Source: Octopus sinensis
Lineage: Eukaryota
NCBI RefSeq assembly: GCF_006345805.1
Contig: NW_021834235.1
Location: 1-64,000 of the forward strand
Length of the DNA: 64,000 nucleotides
Direction of reading: 5' to 3'
Made by a program: the position numbers and the translations under genes. The notes beneath the pieces were generated by a model. That model had not been told where the DNA came from. It worked only from the letters and a program-made list of their open reading frames with translations, and made no database searches. How positions within the stretch are numbered: the first letter of the stretch is position 1; the number at the start of each line of letters is the position of its first letter. Shown here one piece after another: positions 1-12,211 of the stretch.

Positions 1-697
1 TCAATGCTATCTTTTGAATTTGTACATTTGTTAATACAAGCAAAAATTGGCTTGGTTCTTTCTGAAAGGAATGTCAAGGAGAGTATACAGTTATGTTTAA
101 GACGTTGTTTACCAACAGGAGGAGAATTAGCTGTAATATGGAATTAGTTAAACAGCATTACAGCAGTCATTAAACATACATATAACCTACTACAAAAACA
201 AATATAGTTAGGATTATTGCTGTTACTGTTATGAACGTATTTGTGTTTGGTGGTGTAATAGGTAAGTGAAACCAGGCACAACAAATGTCTTATTTGTTAT
301 TATTTATTCATTTTGATAAGTGATTTTCAATGGAACACTTGCAAAGATTAAAAAGAAGATTTGAAAATATTTTTGATATTATTTTTCCCCCTCGTTACAC
401 ATGTTTATTTGCTAATAGGGCTTACAAAATCGTACATGCAAGAGACGTCTTACATGTTTCTCCTACATGTACGATTTTGTAACTCATATTAGCAAATGAA
501 AAATATCTGATGATAAATAAATAATACCAGAAATGCTTTCCAATCTCCTGTTTTGATTTGATTTGAAAATTCTCTGCAAAACATATTTTCCAGAATGTTC
601 AACTCTTATGCATGCCTCATACAAATATAACATATACATACAACTTTGGAGTACTGGAATAAGCAGTGCTTCAAGAGGACACAGCACATATATATAT

Positions 698-945
698 GGA
701 GGTACGTGGCTAAGTGGTTAGGGTGTTGGACTCATTGATCGTAAGACTGTGGTTTCGATTCTTGGACCGGGCGAAGAGTCTGTGTTCTTGAGCAAAACAC
801 TTCCTTTCACGTTGGTCCAGTCCACCCAACTGGCAAAAATGAGTCATCCTGCGAGGGACTGGCATCTCATCCAGGTGGGGAATTTATAAATCATTGAATC
901 CGGGAAACCGGCCCTCATGAACCTGTTATGGCTCAAAAACGAGAC
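698..945 (+). mobile_element. tRNA-derived SINE, local family C
   Basis: tRNA-like head with A/B boxes (tggctaagtggtta ... ggtttcgattc); homologous to 41833-42075 and 19730-19955. Confidence 0.8.
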
Positions 946-1002
946 ATTTATATATATATATATATCCAAATAAGCCACAAGGATATCCAGAGGTAATGCA
1001 AC

Positions 1003-1251
1003 ACGATCGTTTCAAGCAACTCCATTTAATTGAAGAATACAACCATTACATCAATTTAAATGCAGAGCAATCCTCATTTGTATAAAGACATAGAATTTAA
1101 TTAAATTAAAACAGATGGATACATTAATATAATTGTACCTAAAATCTCTAAAAAGGTAAGAGGGAAGACAAAGAACACGCTGCCTTCACTTCAGCTTAGA
1201 AGCTATAATGGTTGCGTTGTTCAATTAAATGGAGTTGCTTGAAACGATCGT
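1003..1251. repeat. Element with 32-bp perfect inverted repeat (Penelope-like or MITE remnant)
   Basis: acgatcgtttcaagcaactccatttaattgaa at 1003-1034 is the reverse complement of 1220-1251. Confidence 0.75.
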
Positions 1252-1318
1252 ACTGATGCTTCAACTTAAGTACCATATCATCTGATCTAAATATATATAT
1301 ATATATTTATATATATAT

Positions 1319-1354
<36 letters not shown>

Positions 1355-1369
1355 TATAATGAGGTAACA

Positions 1370-1630
1370 AAACCAAGGGTGTGAGGAGCTTTCAAGACAT
1401 TTATAATGAAATAGTCTTACAGTTGTTTCTGGGATATTATGGATATGCTTTCATCAGAGACGGTGTGAGAAAATATTTGAGTGGGAATTATACGGAAAGG
1501 AGGAGATAGGGAATATAGAGGGATATAAGAGAATGGAAGTGGAAATAAGATATAAATTTGCAGTTCCTTTATTCGAGGTAAATGGTGTATAGAAGTGGTA
1601 AAAAAGTTTCTTGTAAATGGTAAGTCCCAA
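1370..1630 (-). mobile_element. Penelope-like terminal-repeat fragment between (TA)n tracts
   Basis: Carries a hammerhead motif at 1414-1461 and is flanked by (TA)n on both sides. Confidence 0.55.
1414..1461 (-). ncRNA. Minimal type-I hammerhead ribozyme motif (helix II degenerate)
   Basis: Minus strand reads gtct-CTGATGA-(aagcatatccataatatccca)-GAAAC-aact-GTA-agac; helix I is gtct/agac. Confidence 0.6.
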
Positions 1631-1803
1631 TATATATATATATATATCTGTGTGTGTGTGTGTGTATGTGTGTGCGTGTGTGTGTGTGTATGTGTGTGTG
1701 TGTGTATGTGTGTTTGTTTGTGTGTGTGTGTGTGTGTGTGTTGCGTGTGTTTATGTGTGTGTATGTATTTGTGTGTGTTGTGTGTGTGTGTGTGTGTTTG
1801 TGT

Positions 1804-1862
<59 letters not shown>
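1630..1862. repeat. (TA)n/(TG)n microsatellite
   Basis: Directly visible. Confidence 0.95.
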
Positions 1863-1866
<4 letters not shown>

Positions 1867-2114
1867 GCGTAATGCAGAAGTTCAAATCACGCCAAATCAA
1901 CTTTGGCTTTCATCATTTTGGGGAAATCGAAACAATTTAGTACAAGTACCTTTCGGGGAAGTCAAAACACCTTTTACTTGTGTTACTTAAAGTATAAATT
2001 TCTAAAATGCCATTGAAAAATAAAGCAATGGAGTCGAGAGCATCGATTAAACACTTCTCAAAACTGCGAGCCTTGTCCGCAAATTAGAAGACATTATTAT
2101 TTCTTGCAATACGA

Positions 2115-2330
2115 AAGTGCTGAGCTGGTAAATTCCTTAACACACCAAACGATGTGTTCTGCCACATTTCGCTCGTCTTTATGTCCTCAGTTCGAATTCC
2201 GCCAAAGTCGGCTTTGCTTTCATCCTTTCGGTGACGATAAAATAAGTAGCCCTCGATCAGTGGGGATTGATGTAATCGACTGCCCTCCTCTCCCAAAATC
2301 TCAGGCCTTCTGCCTATAACAGAAAGTATT
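2115..2330 (+). mobile_element. SINE family A, diverged
   Basis: gctgg...ttaacac...agttcgaattccgcc...ctttcatcctttcgg...gataaaataagta core shared with the other A copies. Confidence 0.75.
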
Positions 2331-3349
2331 ATTTCTTCCAGTATCTCGTTCTCTTTTAGTCGTTTTCATGAGTCCGGTCAGCAAATTCTGGGAGTTCTTT
2401 CGTTTTTTCCATGCTACTAAATCATAGAGAAAGGCAAAATGTTCATTTTTCAATTATTCTCCAACTGGAAATCCTGAAGCTTCTAGATTATTCCTGAAGA
2501 TTAAATTATTTATCTCGTATTCTTTTTAACCCAATGTAACATACGTAAATAAGTTATCGAAGTAAACCAAGCACAAAACGCCGCCCCGACATTAATTCGT
2601 CTTGTTTTACTGCCAATGATTCAAATAAATTGAAATACAACGGTTTAAGATGATGAAAATGTTGTAACTGAAGCCTATTAAATTCAATTTCGTTTACTCA
2701 AATGTAAGAGATACGTAAGTTACTTTCCTCTCATGTGTTGAAAAGAAAGAGAGATGTAGTTTTATCTTTAATCAAAATTGTTTCTGAAGTGTCAAAGAAT
2801 AAACTGTGTGGTAGAGAAAGAACACCATCAATGTACTTCTACATTCACGTTTTTCATGTTGATATACTGACGAGAGAAAATAGGTGCATTTCTACACGAG
2901 ATATCATTAAAGTTGTAAAGGTTTTAACGCTTACGCTGAGTTATGGGAATGAGGTGCAGTGACTAAGACTGAACGATGATACTAGAGTTCGACATAAACA
3001 CTCCGAGTTTAATCATTTTGATACATGGGAAACCCGTGCAGACGTTTGATAAAATTGAAGTGGAGAAGAAAACATTTGGTATGGAATTACCAATCTGAGA
3101 AACTTATTATTCAGGTGTATTATTCAGGTAGTTATACACCTGACACAAACTATTTCAAGGCTTATATATATATATATATTATATATATATATATATTGCA
3201 ATATAATAATATATATATATATATATTATTAGTATATATATATATATAATATATATATATAAGTTCAGCAAAATTTAGATTAAGATGAATATGGTACTTA
3301 AGTTAAAGGCACCAGAATTTGGTATGGTATTATCCATATAAATCAAATT

Positions 3350-3503
3350 ATAATCACAATAAGCAGCAAGGATATCCAAGGTAGAGTAGTACAATTGTTT
3401 CATGCTATTTCATTTATTAAACCTTACAGGGTTTAATAAAATGAAGTAGCATGAAACAATTTTACTACTCTACCTTGGATATCTTGCTGCTTATTTTGAT
3501 TAT
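3350..3503. repeat. Foldback palindrome (about 75-bp arms, 6-nt spacer)
   Basis: aataagcagcaaggatatccaaggtagagtagta...ttattaaacc mirrored by ggtttaataa...tactactctaccttggatatcttgctgcttatt. Confidence 0.9.
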
Positions 3504-3589
3504 ATATATATATATATATATATATAGATATATATACTATATGTGTCTGTATCCGTGTGCATATATATATATATATATATATATTATAC

Positions 3590-3716
3590 TTTAGCAAGAA
3601 TGGTATTATTGACAGTAACTTCGAAGTTGTTGGCCAGTTAAGCCATCATCGGACTGTCCGACAATGGCTTAGCTGGCCGAAATTTCGAAGTCACTTTCAA
3701 TACAATTCTTGATAAA
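3590..3716. mobile_element. Palindromic Penelope-like remnant with two divergent hammerhead-like motifs
   Basis: Arms are reverse complements centred on cggac-t-gtccg; a related copy lies at 22991-23100. Confidence 0.7.
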
Positions 3717-3883
3717 GAATAAACTAAATTGTGTTCTACCAAGTATATTGAGTAATTCTTCATTTCAATGTAAAATTGTGTTTATTATAACATAAAAACA
3801 AACATGCTGTAAATAACTGTTAAATAAAATTATGGCTGTGAAAAGGCTCTTTCTCCTCACTATTGAATGTGTGTGTGTGCGAG

Positions 3884-3949
<66 letters not shown>

Positions 3950-5325
3950 TATACATATATATATTATATATACATATACATACACACACCGTATGTATGT
4001 ATGTATGTATGTATTATATTGTATGTATGTATGTATGTATTGACCTCTGACCTTGTCTCATACGAGCTTCAGCGGAACCGCAACTGTAACCTGGTCGCTG
4101 TTGCTGCGACGAAAATTTTAACACCAGTCTATCAAAGTTTGTGCGTGTGTATTTTTTTTTTAATAGCTGACATATGTCTTCCATGCTGCAATCGGTTTAG
4201 TTTCTTGAACACTCCGTCCTATGTCAGGTCAAATGATTGGCAAGTCCACATCCGAAATGCCATGTATTTCAAGGAAAGAACAAAAGGAAATGGTCCGTAC
4301 ATTTCTTGGCAATGGAATGACACCAGCCACAAAACCATTTGATGGATTACAAGATATCAGCAAAATAAAATAACGAAAAAATATACTAAGACTATGAGTT
4401 GAATTTTAGTATTCAGAAAAGAAAATCTGAAAACTTATGTTTGTTTCATGATCAATGTGCAGTGTTTTTTTTTCAAAAACATCATTCTTTCGGGCTGTAC
4501 TCTGCTTCTTTTCCTTTCTTGTAGTGTTCCAGTTACTTCATCAGAAGAGCAACGGTTTGAAACTGCACACCTTCTAATTGTTCTGTTCCCTTTGTGTTTT
4601 GTTTATGACTTCGGATATGAAATTATATTTTTTTGTTGCATTCATGTTTAGTTTTAAAGAAGCAACGCAAAGCTATAAATGCAAATGTAAACAACTTTTA
4701 ATATCCTACCTTAATATTTCAGCATGAAGAACATTCCAGGCTCAGTTGTTCACATTTACTTACATAGAAATCTTTCATTTTCAATGAACATTGTCAATAC
4801 ATGACATTAGGAAAATGTCATGACCCAAATGTTTACGGCAGCAGACATTCAAAGCATCGTTCGTCATCGCACGTAAATTGGGTTAATTACTATATATGGG
4901 GTACAATTTTTATATATTTGACCTTGAGGAGCAAAAAATTAGTCATAAAAAGTACATGGGTTGGTATCAAAGAAGCTGGGTAACTAAGTATATTCTAATT
5001 AGATTTCACGTCGAGTTAAAGCACTCGGGTTATTCTTCGGTTCTTATATTATGGCAGATAATAAAAAAATGGATTTATTCTTTCAAAATTACGAAAATTT
5101 GTCACAAGAGGGTTTGGAGAGAAGTAAGAGGAGGAGGAAGAAGAAGAAGAGGAGGAAGGGGAGAGGTGCCGAAGCGGTGTACTGTCTAGTGAATCCCTTC
5201 AAGTAAATTCAGATAATTTAATAATTGTTTTAACGAATGGATAATGAAAAGTAATTAAACTCCAGTGGGATATGAATTACAGGATGTGCCAAAGCATTCT
5301 ACCAAAGTATGCTAGTGAATGTTAT

Positions 5326-5362
<37 letters not shown>

Positions 5363-5604
5363 ACTGATGCTTAGTCTGTGCAGACAACTGGACATACCAA
5401 GTCAATAATACTAAATCAATATTTGTTTTCTTTTCCGCATCGAATTATTGATAACTTGTTTCTCTTGGATAAAGCGAAATTTGTCACTGGAAACTGTCCT
5501 GTCGCTGGACAGGACAATACCTTGAATCCGTGTGTGTGTGTGTATGTACACACACACACACACATATATTTATATATATATATATATAATATATATATAT
5601 ATAT

Positions 5605-5770
5605 AGGCGCAGGCATGGGGGTGTGGTAAGTGGGTTTGGTTCCCATCCATATCGTTCCGAGTTCAGTCCCACTGCGTGGCATCTTGGTCAAGTGGCTTCC
5701 ACAGCCTCGGGTCGACCAAAGCCTTGTAAATAGATTTGGTAGACGGGAACTGAAAGAGGACCGTCGTATA
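5605..5770 (+). mobile_element. SINE family B, 5' part
   Basis: ggcgcagg...gtggtaag...gagttcagtcccactgcgtggc...ggtagacgggaactgaaaga, inserted in (TA)n. Confidence 0.85.
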
Positions 5771-5773
5771 TAT

Positions 5774-5822
<49 letters not shown>

Positions 5823-6952
5823 TATATATACATACATATATGGATGTATGTATGCATGTATGTTTGTGTGTGTGAGTGTGTCCAACATTGCTTAACAACG
5901 TGTGTCACTATTTCTGCTTGAGCAACCCTCACTATGTTCACTTCAGGCAAAACTTTTAGTCTTAGTACATAGGCTGTTGTTCTTTGTCATTTGAATATCC
6001 TCAATATCCCTCGGCTGATGACTTAGAAAGGGTATAACGAGAGGGCCTAATTATTGTGCTCTGTTGTTTGTGCTTCCTGAAGGGAAATCAATGATTTATA
6101 ACCTTCTTCAGAGTCAGAGGAATTCAATTCCTTTCTAAACCATTCACGACAAGGAACTTCACAGAATTGGAGGGAATGTATGTTTGCATATTTTCCAAAC
6201 GACATTCGCAAACAAACTGATATTAAATACTGGATAATATAAATCACCCTGTATCTCAAATTCTTCTGAAGAGCTATAATCCTCATATTTACTTCAATTT
6301 GGTAGAGGACTGCCATCGCATTAAATTATGTAACCGTAGTATAGAATTGCAAATACTTAGCAGTTACTCTGTACCTTCGGGTGGGTCTCTTCTCTAGCGA
6401 GATTTCATAACTACACAAAAACACACATGGAAAGACAGAAAAGGATTTACTAAAGATTTCTTCCTATAAATTCTTCTGTTCAAAGAAATTGGAGGAAGCA
6501 TGTTGACGTATATGTAACTTGTAGTAATATAAGAAAACTATAAAGGTTTGCTGAGATGGACGTTAATAAACACAGATGTACGTTAATGGAGACTGAAATT
6601 GCTGAAAAAGCAAGTGTCCGTTCAAAGCAATTAATATATGGTTGTATTAAAGATAGATTGGACCGGAAGTTTAGCATTTAACGAAATATAAGGTCACGTG
6701 TTACTGAAATATAGAACCTATAACTGTTGCTCTTTGATATTTTCAACTATATGCCAAAAGAAATTAAATGTGCTTCAGGAGCAAATCTGGTTATGAATCA
6801 TTATTTCTTAATCTAAAGAACTCTGTATTTGCTTCCATTTCCTCTTAGCATTAAATCCTTGTTGAAACTGTCTTTCCGCACATATGTTCTTGTATATATT
6901 TCCTTCCAACTATATTTCCATGCGACTATTTTCAACTGTCACTTTATTATTA

Positions 6953-7339
6953 ACTAGCAGTATCGCCCGGCGTTGCTCAGGTTTGTAAGGGAAATAACTA
7001 TAAAGCATTTTTAGAGAGTTATAGCCAAAAAATAGCAAAAAAATGGAAAAAAATGATGGTAAATTTTTTTTTGAGATTTAAAAAAGGTGGAGTTGCGTCC
7101 CCTAGACAGTTTGTGGTTTGTGTTTCTCATTGTCGACCCCATGTCGAATTTATCGATTTTTTTCAGAACTGGGGGAACTTTTCAAAATTTTCGCTGCGTT
7201 AGTTTTGAATTATGACATTGGGCTATGTGTGTGTCAAGTTTCATCAGAATCGGTTGAAAGCCGTGGTCAGGGTGAGGGTACAAGCAAACAGACACACAGA
7301 AACACGCACAGACAAACTGCCGTTTATATAGAGAGAGAT
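6953..7339 (+). mobile_element. Non-autonomous Helitron/Helentron-like element
   Basis: Starts actagcagtatcgcccggcgttgctc, has a (CA)-rich subterminal tract and ends tttatatagagagagat; same end architecture as 53668-54049 and 41318-41690. Confidence 0.6.
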
Positions 7340-7342
7340 TAC

Positions 7343-8145
7343 AAGGCGGTGAGCTGGCAGAAACGTTAGCACGCCGGGCGAAATGCGTAGCCGTATTTCG
7401 TCTGCCGCTACGTTCTGAGTTCAAATTCAGCCGAGGTCGACTTTGCCTTTCATCCTTTCGGGGTCGATTAAATAAGTACCAGTTACGCACTGGGGCCGAT
7501 ATAATCGACTTAATCCGTTTGTCTGTCCTTGTTTGTCCTCTCTGTGTTTAGCCCCTTGTGGGTAGTAAAGAAATAGGTATTTCGTCTGCCGCTACGTTCT
7601 GAGTTCAAATTCAGCCGAGGTCGACTTTGCCTTTCATCCTTTCGGAGTCGATTAAATAAGTACCAGTTACCCACTGGGGTCGATATAATCGACTTAATCC
7701 GTTTGTCTGTCCTTGTTTGTCCTCTCTATGTTTAGCCCCTTGTGGATAATAAAGAAATAGATATTTCGTCCGCCTTTACGTTCTGAGATCAAATTTCGCT
7801 AAGGTCCGCCTTGCCTTTCATTCTTTCGGGGGTCGATAAAATAAATACCAGTAGAGCACTTGGAGGGGGGGTCGATGTAATCGATTTAGTCTCTTGTATC
7901 AACATTTAAAACCAATTCATTATAAATCATAAGGCAGCGAGCTGGTCGAATCGTTAGCATGTCAGGCAAATTGCTTAGCAGCATTTCGTCCGTTTTCACG
8001 TTCTGAGTTCGAACTCCGCCGATATCGATTTTGCCTTTCATCTTTTTGGGATCGATAAAATAAGTACCAGTTGAGCACTGCAGTCTTTGAATAGGCTTAT
8101 TCATTCGCCGAAGTTGGGGGCCCTGTCCCAAAATTTGAAACCAAC
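7343..8145 (+). mobile_element. Tandem cluster of SINE family A units
   Basis: Full unit 7343-7578, near-identical headless repeat 7579-7762, diverged unit 7763-7890, further copy 7930-8145. Confidence 0.9.
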
Positions 8146-8470
8146 ATATTATTAATCATTGACTTTGTTGGCATGACAATGAATTCCGTCCACTAGCATA
8201 GTTCTGGTTTAGGTGAATGAGTTTAAACCTTTGTAACAATAACATCTTAGCTATTCTGAGCGTTTAATTACGAGGAATTCCATTTCTTAACATTACTGAC
8301 ACCCTAGCCAGATTTTTTAGATCATTCAACACTATGTACCAATCCTGATACGGCAACAATGTTGTCAAATACTAGATTTTGTCTTTAAATTGGATTTGTG
8401 TTCGTATAACAGCTGGTTGCCCACATATAGATTTACCCTGGTTTTGTGATTTAGAAAAGACACTGCAACG

Positions 8471-8805
8471 TTGGAGCAATGGTTGTTTGCCAGCATAACA
8501 TGGCAGTCCTGGTTTAGGATGAATGTTGCTGTAATCTAACCCCAGGAGACATCGTCTCCGGCTGGTTATACGACACGATCTGTGTCCTTATATTTTCGAA
8601 CAAGGGAATCTAGCACCCCCCACTCAGCTGAAAACAATATCTGTGTATCGTGATTTCCGGGTTATTTCCCTTCATCAGTACAGAATAATTGTTCTGATCG
8701 TTTCGTATAGTCAGCTGGAGACGATGTCTCCTGGGACTAAATTACAGCAAGACTCGTCCTAAACCAGAACTGCTATGTTATGTTGGCAAACAATCTTTAC
8801 TCCAA
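8471..8805. mobile_element. Inverted repeat (about 110-bp arms) with a hammerhead motif in the spacer; Penelope-like remnant
   Basis: Arms 8471-8580 and 8697-8805 are diverged reverse complements; motif at 8641-8683 on the minus strand. Confidence 0.7.
8641..8683 (-). ncRNA. Minimal hammerhead motif, degenerate
   Basis: ctgta-CTGATGA-a-GGG-aaataa-CCC-g-GAAAT-cacg-ATA-cacag. Confidence 0.5.
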
Positions 8806-9009
8806 AGTACTCTTGCTGAATATCTCTCGTTGTGAGATTTAAAAACAGCAATTCACTGCAACGTTGTTTAGCATTATTGATCCTTCAGTCAATGAAAGAA
8901 TTCTTCCCAACGGGAATATACAGATCCATACATGTAAATTAATATATCGCAAGTATATCGAGAATATGTAGATCCATAACATAGCTTAATTAAAGAATTT
9001 AATCGTAAA

Positions 9010-9385
9010 TATTCTGAAGGATATTTCGTCCGCCCATACGTTCGGGGTTCAAATTCGACCCTAGTCGAGTACTGGAATCCATGTAATCGATTTACCCTCT
9101 CTCCCAAGAAATTGCTGGCCTCGTGCCAAAATTTGAAACCGATGTTTTATCATGGGTTGAGACGATCTGGCAGAATCGTTAGAGCGCTGGACAAATTATT
9201 TAGCGGCATGTCATCCATCTTTACGTTCTGAGTTTAAATTCTGACGGGGTGTACTTTGCTTTACATATTTTCGGGATCGATAAGGTAAGTACCACTTGCG
9301 CATTGGGGGTTGATGTAATCGACTGCCCAACATCCACCCACCCACCACCGAAAAAAATGTCAGCCTTTATGTCTATTATAGAAAA
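9010..9385 (+). mobile_element. Two diverged SINE family A copies
   Basis: Family A core and tail at 9010-9140 and 9160-9385. Confidence 0.75.
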
Positions 9386-10829
9386 AATATTTTATCGTAC
9401 GGGACACGCGTGCCTTTTCAGAAGCGAATCAATTGGTAGAAATTCAAAGCTGATATAATTTTTACTATTTGGAAAACCTTCTGGACACTGTTTTGGTTGC
9501 AGTATTGATGTAGTGGACAGTGATCAGAGACTAAGGGTGGGTGTGCAGAATGTGCTAAGTTTGTGGTTGTCCTGGATGGGTGTTCACCAGTAAAAGGAGG
9601 TGCAGGGATGAGTATCAATGCCGTTGAATGAGATAAAACATGGCTAAGAATAACAACATCGTATCACGTTCGTACAAGGCGGATTCTATCAGCAAATAGC
9701 CATGTCTTACATAATAGTAACACTTCGATAAAAGTTTTAAAAAACGAGTAATTATTTCCTTAATCACGAGATCTATGTCTGTAACAAGCGTTCTTCATGC
9801 TTTCAGAGACCACGTGCAATAGTTAAAAGATCAGCTCACTGTAAAATAATAAAAGAAAAGACATTTTTTCTTCGTTTTTATTTCCTGAAATGGAGAATTT
9901 TCTACATCACACTAGCTCTTGCTTTTTTTTATATTTTACTACCAACTTAAATTGACAGTTGTTCAAGCTCAAACATGTGTAATACGATAAAGGACTGTCC
10001 CTCCCTCTATTCAATACAGAAAACACTTAGCTCTTAATGTAGTCGTAGTTTTTCAATGGAATGAACAAATGTTTTTCTTACGCATTGACGTATCTTCACA
10101 TATCATAAAATATACACCCGTTTCCCCTAGGGTCCATATAACCTTTCTTATCCCCTATCCCCTTTTATTCATATACTTTCACTGATATAAATTTCTTTTG
10201 CGGTCTATAAATCACGTGAATGTTTACAACGACGTTATAAATCCATCAGTAACACCCTCTCTCTCTCTCTCTCCCCTCTCTCTCTCCCCCTCTCTCTCTC
10301 TCTCCCCTCTCTCTCTCTCTATCTATCTATATATATGTATATATATATATCACTTTCTACCATGCGCGCGCGCGATTTTCAACGAACGACGTGATCACCC
10401 AGCCTCAGTTGATGCCTCATTGACCAAAAGCACCGCCAACACTCGCAAGAACATTTATTTTTCACACACCTTCACACATATTTCACTGACATTACAGTAA
10501 AACCCGCTTCAGTTACCCATTTTCAGCTTTCAACAAGCGAAATATGAATATGTCCCTCTCTGTGTCTGCAACCCATGACATTCAATAGAGTTGTTTGTAC
10601 CACCCACATATGTCTACCCTCTATCTTAGTAGTAAATCAAGATTCTATTTCACTCCCCGCCCTTCACACTCACAACCAATCTTTATTAAAACACACTGTT
10701 TCGTCTGTAGATACTTTTCACTTTCATAACTTCTTAGTAGAAGCCAACACTAGAACCGCTTGGAGATTCGTCTGCCTGCTAGAAATAGCAGCCAAGTCTA
10801 CATCAAATAATATATCTTTAAAGCGCAGA

Positions 10830-11190
10830 AATGGCTGTATGGTTAAGAAGCTCGCTTTGCAACCTCGAGGTTTTAGGTTCAGTCTCACTGCGTCGCACCT
10901 GAACCGACCAAAGCTTTGCGAGTAAATTTGGTAGACGGAAACTGTGAGGACGTCCATCATATGTATGTGCGTGTGCATGTGTGTGCGTATGCATGTATGC
11001 ATGTGTGTGTTTGCCCTCCTCCAACCGCATCACTTGACAACCGGTGTTGGTTTGTTCATATCCCCGCAACTTAGCAGTTCGGTATAAGAAATCAATAGTA
11101 TCAGACTTGATGTACTTGCTCGACTAAACCCTTTAATGCGGTACACCAGTACGGCTGCAATCCAATAACTGAACCAAGGAAGAAAAGATA
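10830..11190 (+). mobile_element. SINE family B, diverged, near full length
   Basis: Head, internal (TG)n and 3' part (gacaaccggtgttgg...acttagcagttcgg...aatgactga-like) all present. Confidence 0.8.
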
Positions 11191-11453
11191 TAAAGATATT
11201 AAATGTGGAGACATTGAATCTTGCAGCTCTAGGTAAATTGTGCCTGGATAAGAAAAGATGCCCGTAATTCTATATTTGCTCGATCAGGGCATAACCTTGG
11301 TCTCATAATAACATGTCCACCAACGCCAAAGCCTCAACAACAACAACAACAAGTTCCAAGTCGTCTCCCTTTAGAAATTGAGATCTTCAGTAAAGAAAAA
11401 CTAAAAATTTTGTTCGACAAATTTTAAAATCGTTATTTTTAATGAAATCTTTC

Positions 11454-11727
11454 AAACAAAAACAATTGCAGCGTGGAAAACGTTTATAAACCATTTAAAA
11501 ACAGACAAAAACCGTTAGATTCACTTCAACATTTAAATTTAATTTGTCAAAATATTTTGGCCGCTTTGAGACCGCGACCACTGACAAAATTCCGTGCAGC
11601 AGGTCGCGGTCTCAAAGCGACGAAAATATTTTGACAAATTAAATTTAAATGTTGAAGTGAATCAAACGGTTTTTGTCTATTTTTAAATGGCTTACAAACA
11701 CCTCCTACGCTGCAATTGTTTTTGTTT
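11454..11727. mobile_element. Foldback MITE-like palindrome (about 125-bp arms)
   Basis: aaacaaaaacaattgcagcgt...gagaccgcgacc mirrored by ggtcgcggtctc...acgctgcaattgtttttgttt. Confidence 0.85.
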
Positions 11728-11929
11728 CAGCACACGATCTCAGATCAGGTCAGTTGCTATGCAAGTACACCTCCGTAACTTTCCTTGGATTTTGTTAGGC
11801 TAAATAGAGAGTCGCTGGGCCTAACTTTCGCAAGTTACATTTTTAAGTAGCTTAAGTAAGGATATGATTAATTAATTAATTAATCAATTAATGAAGTTTA
11901 TAAAGTTGACTATAGAAACTTTTCACATA

Positions 11930-12125
11930 TATCGTTTACTTGTTTCAATCATTCGACTGTGGCCATGCTGGGGCACCACCTTTAAGGGGTGAATCGATTA
12001 AATTGATCCCAGAAATTATTTTTTTAAAGTCTGGTACTTATTCTATCAGGCTCTTTTAACCGAACCGCTTTGTTACGGGGGCGTAAACAAACCAACACCG
12101 GTTGTCAAGCGGTGGTAGGGGACGT
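11930..12125 (-). mobile_element. SINE family B, 3' part
   Basis: Reverse complement of the family B 3' region. Confidence 0.75.
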
Positions 12126-12176
12126 ACACATATACAATGACAAACACACAATCATACGTACTCACATGGAAACACA

Positions 12177-12211
<35 letters not shown>

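Noticed and set aside
4221-4373. 50-aa ORF MSGQMIGKSTSEMPCISRKEQKEMVRTFLGNGMTPA...
   Set aside because: Short, with no recognisable family and no convincing splice or promoter context.
4450-4600. hAT dimerisation-like peptide (QERKRSRVQPERMMFLKK) and a CTGATGA motif on the minus strand
   Set aside because: The similarity is too short, and helix II and GAAA of a hammerhead cannot be formed.
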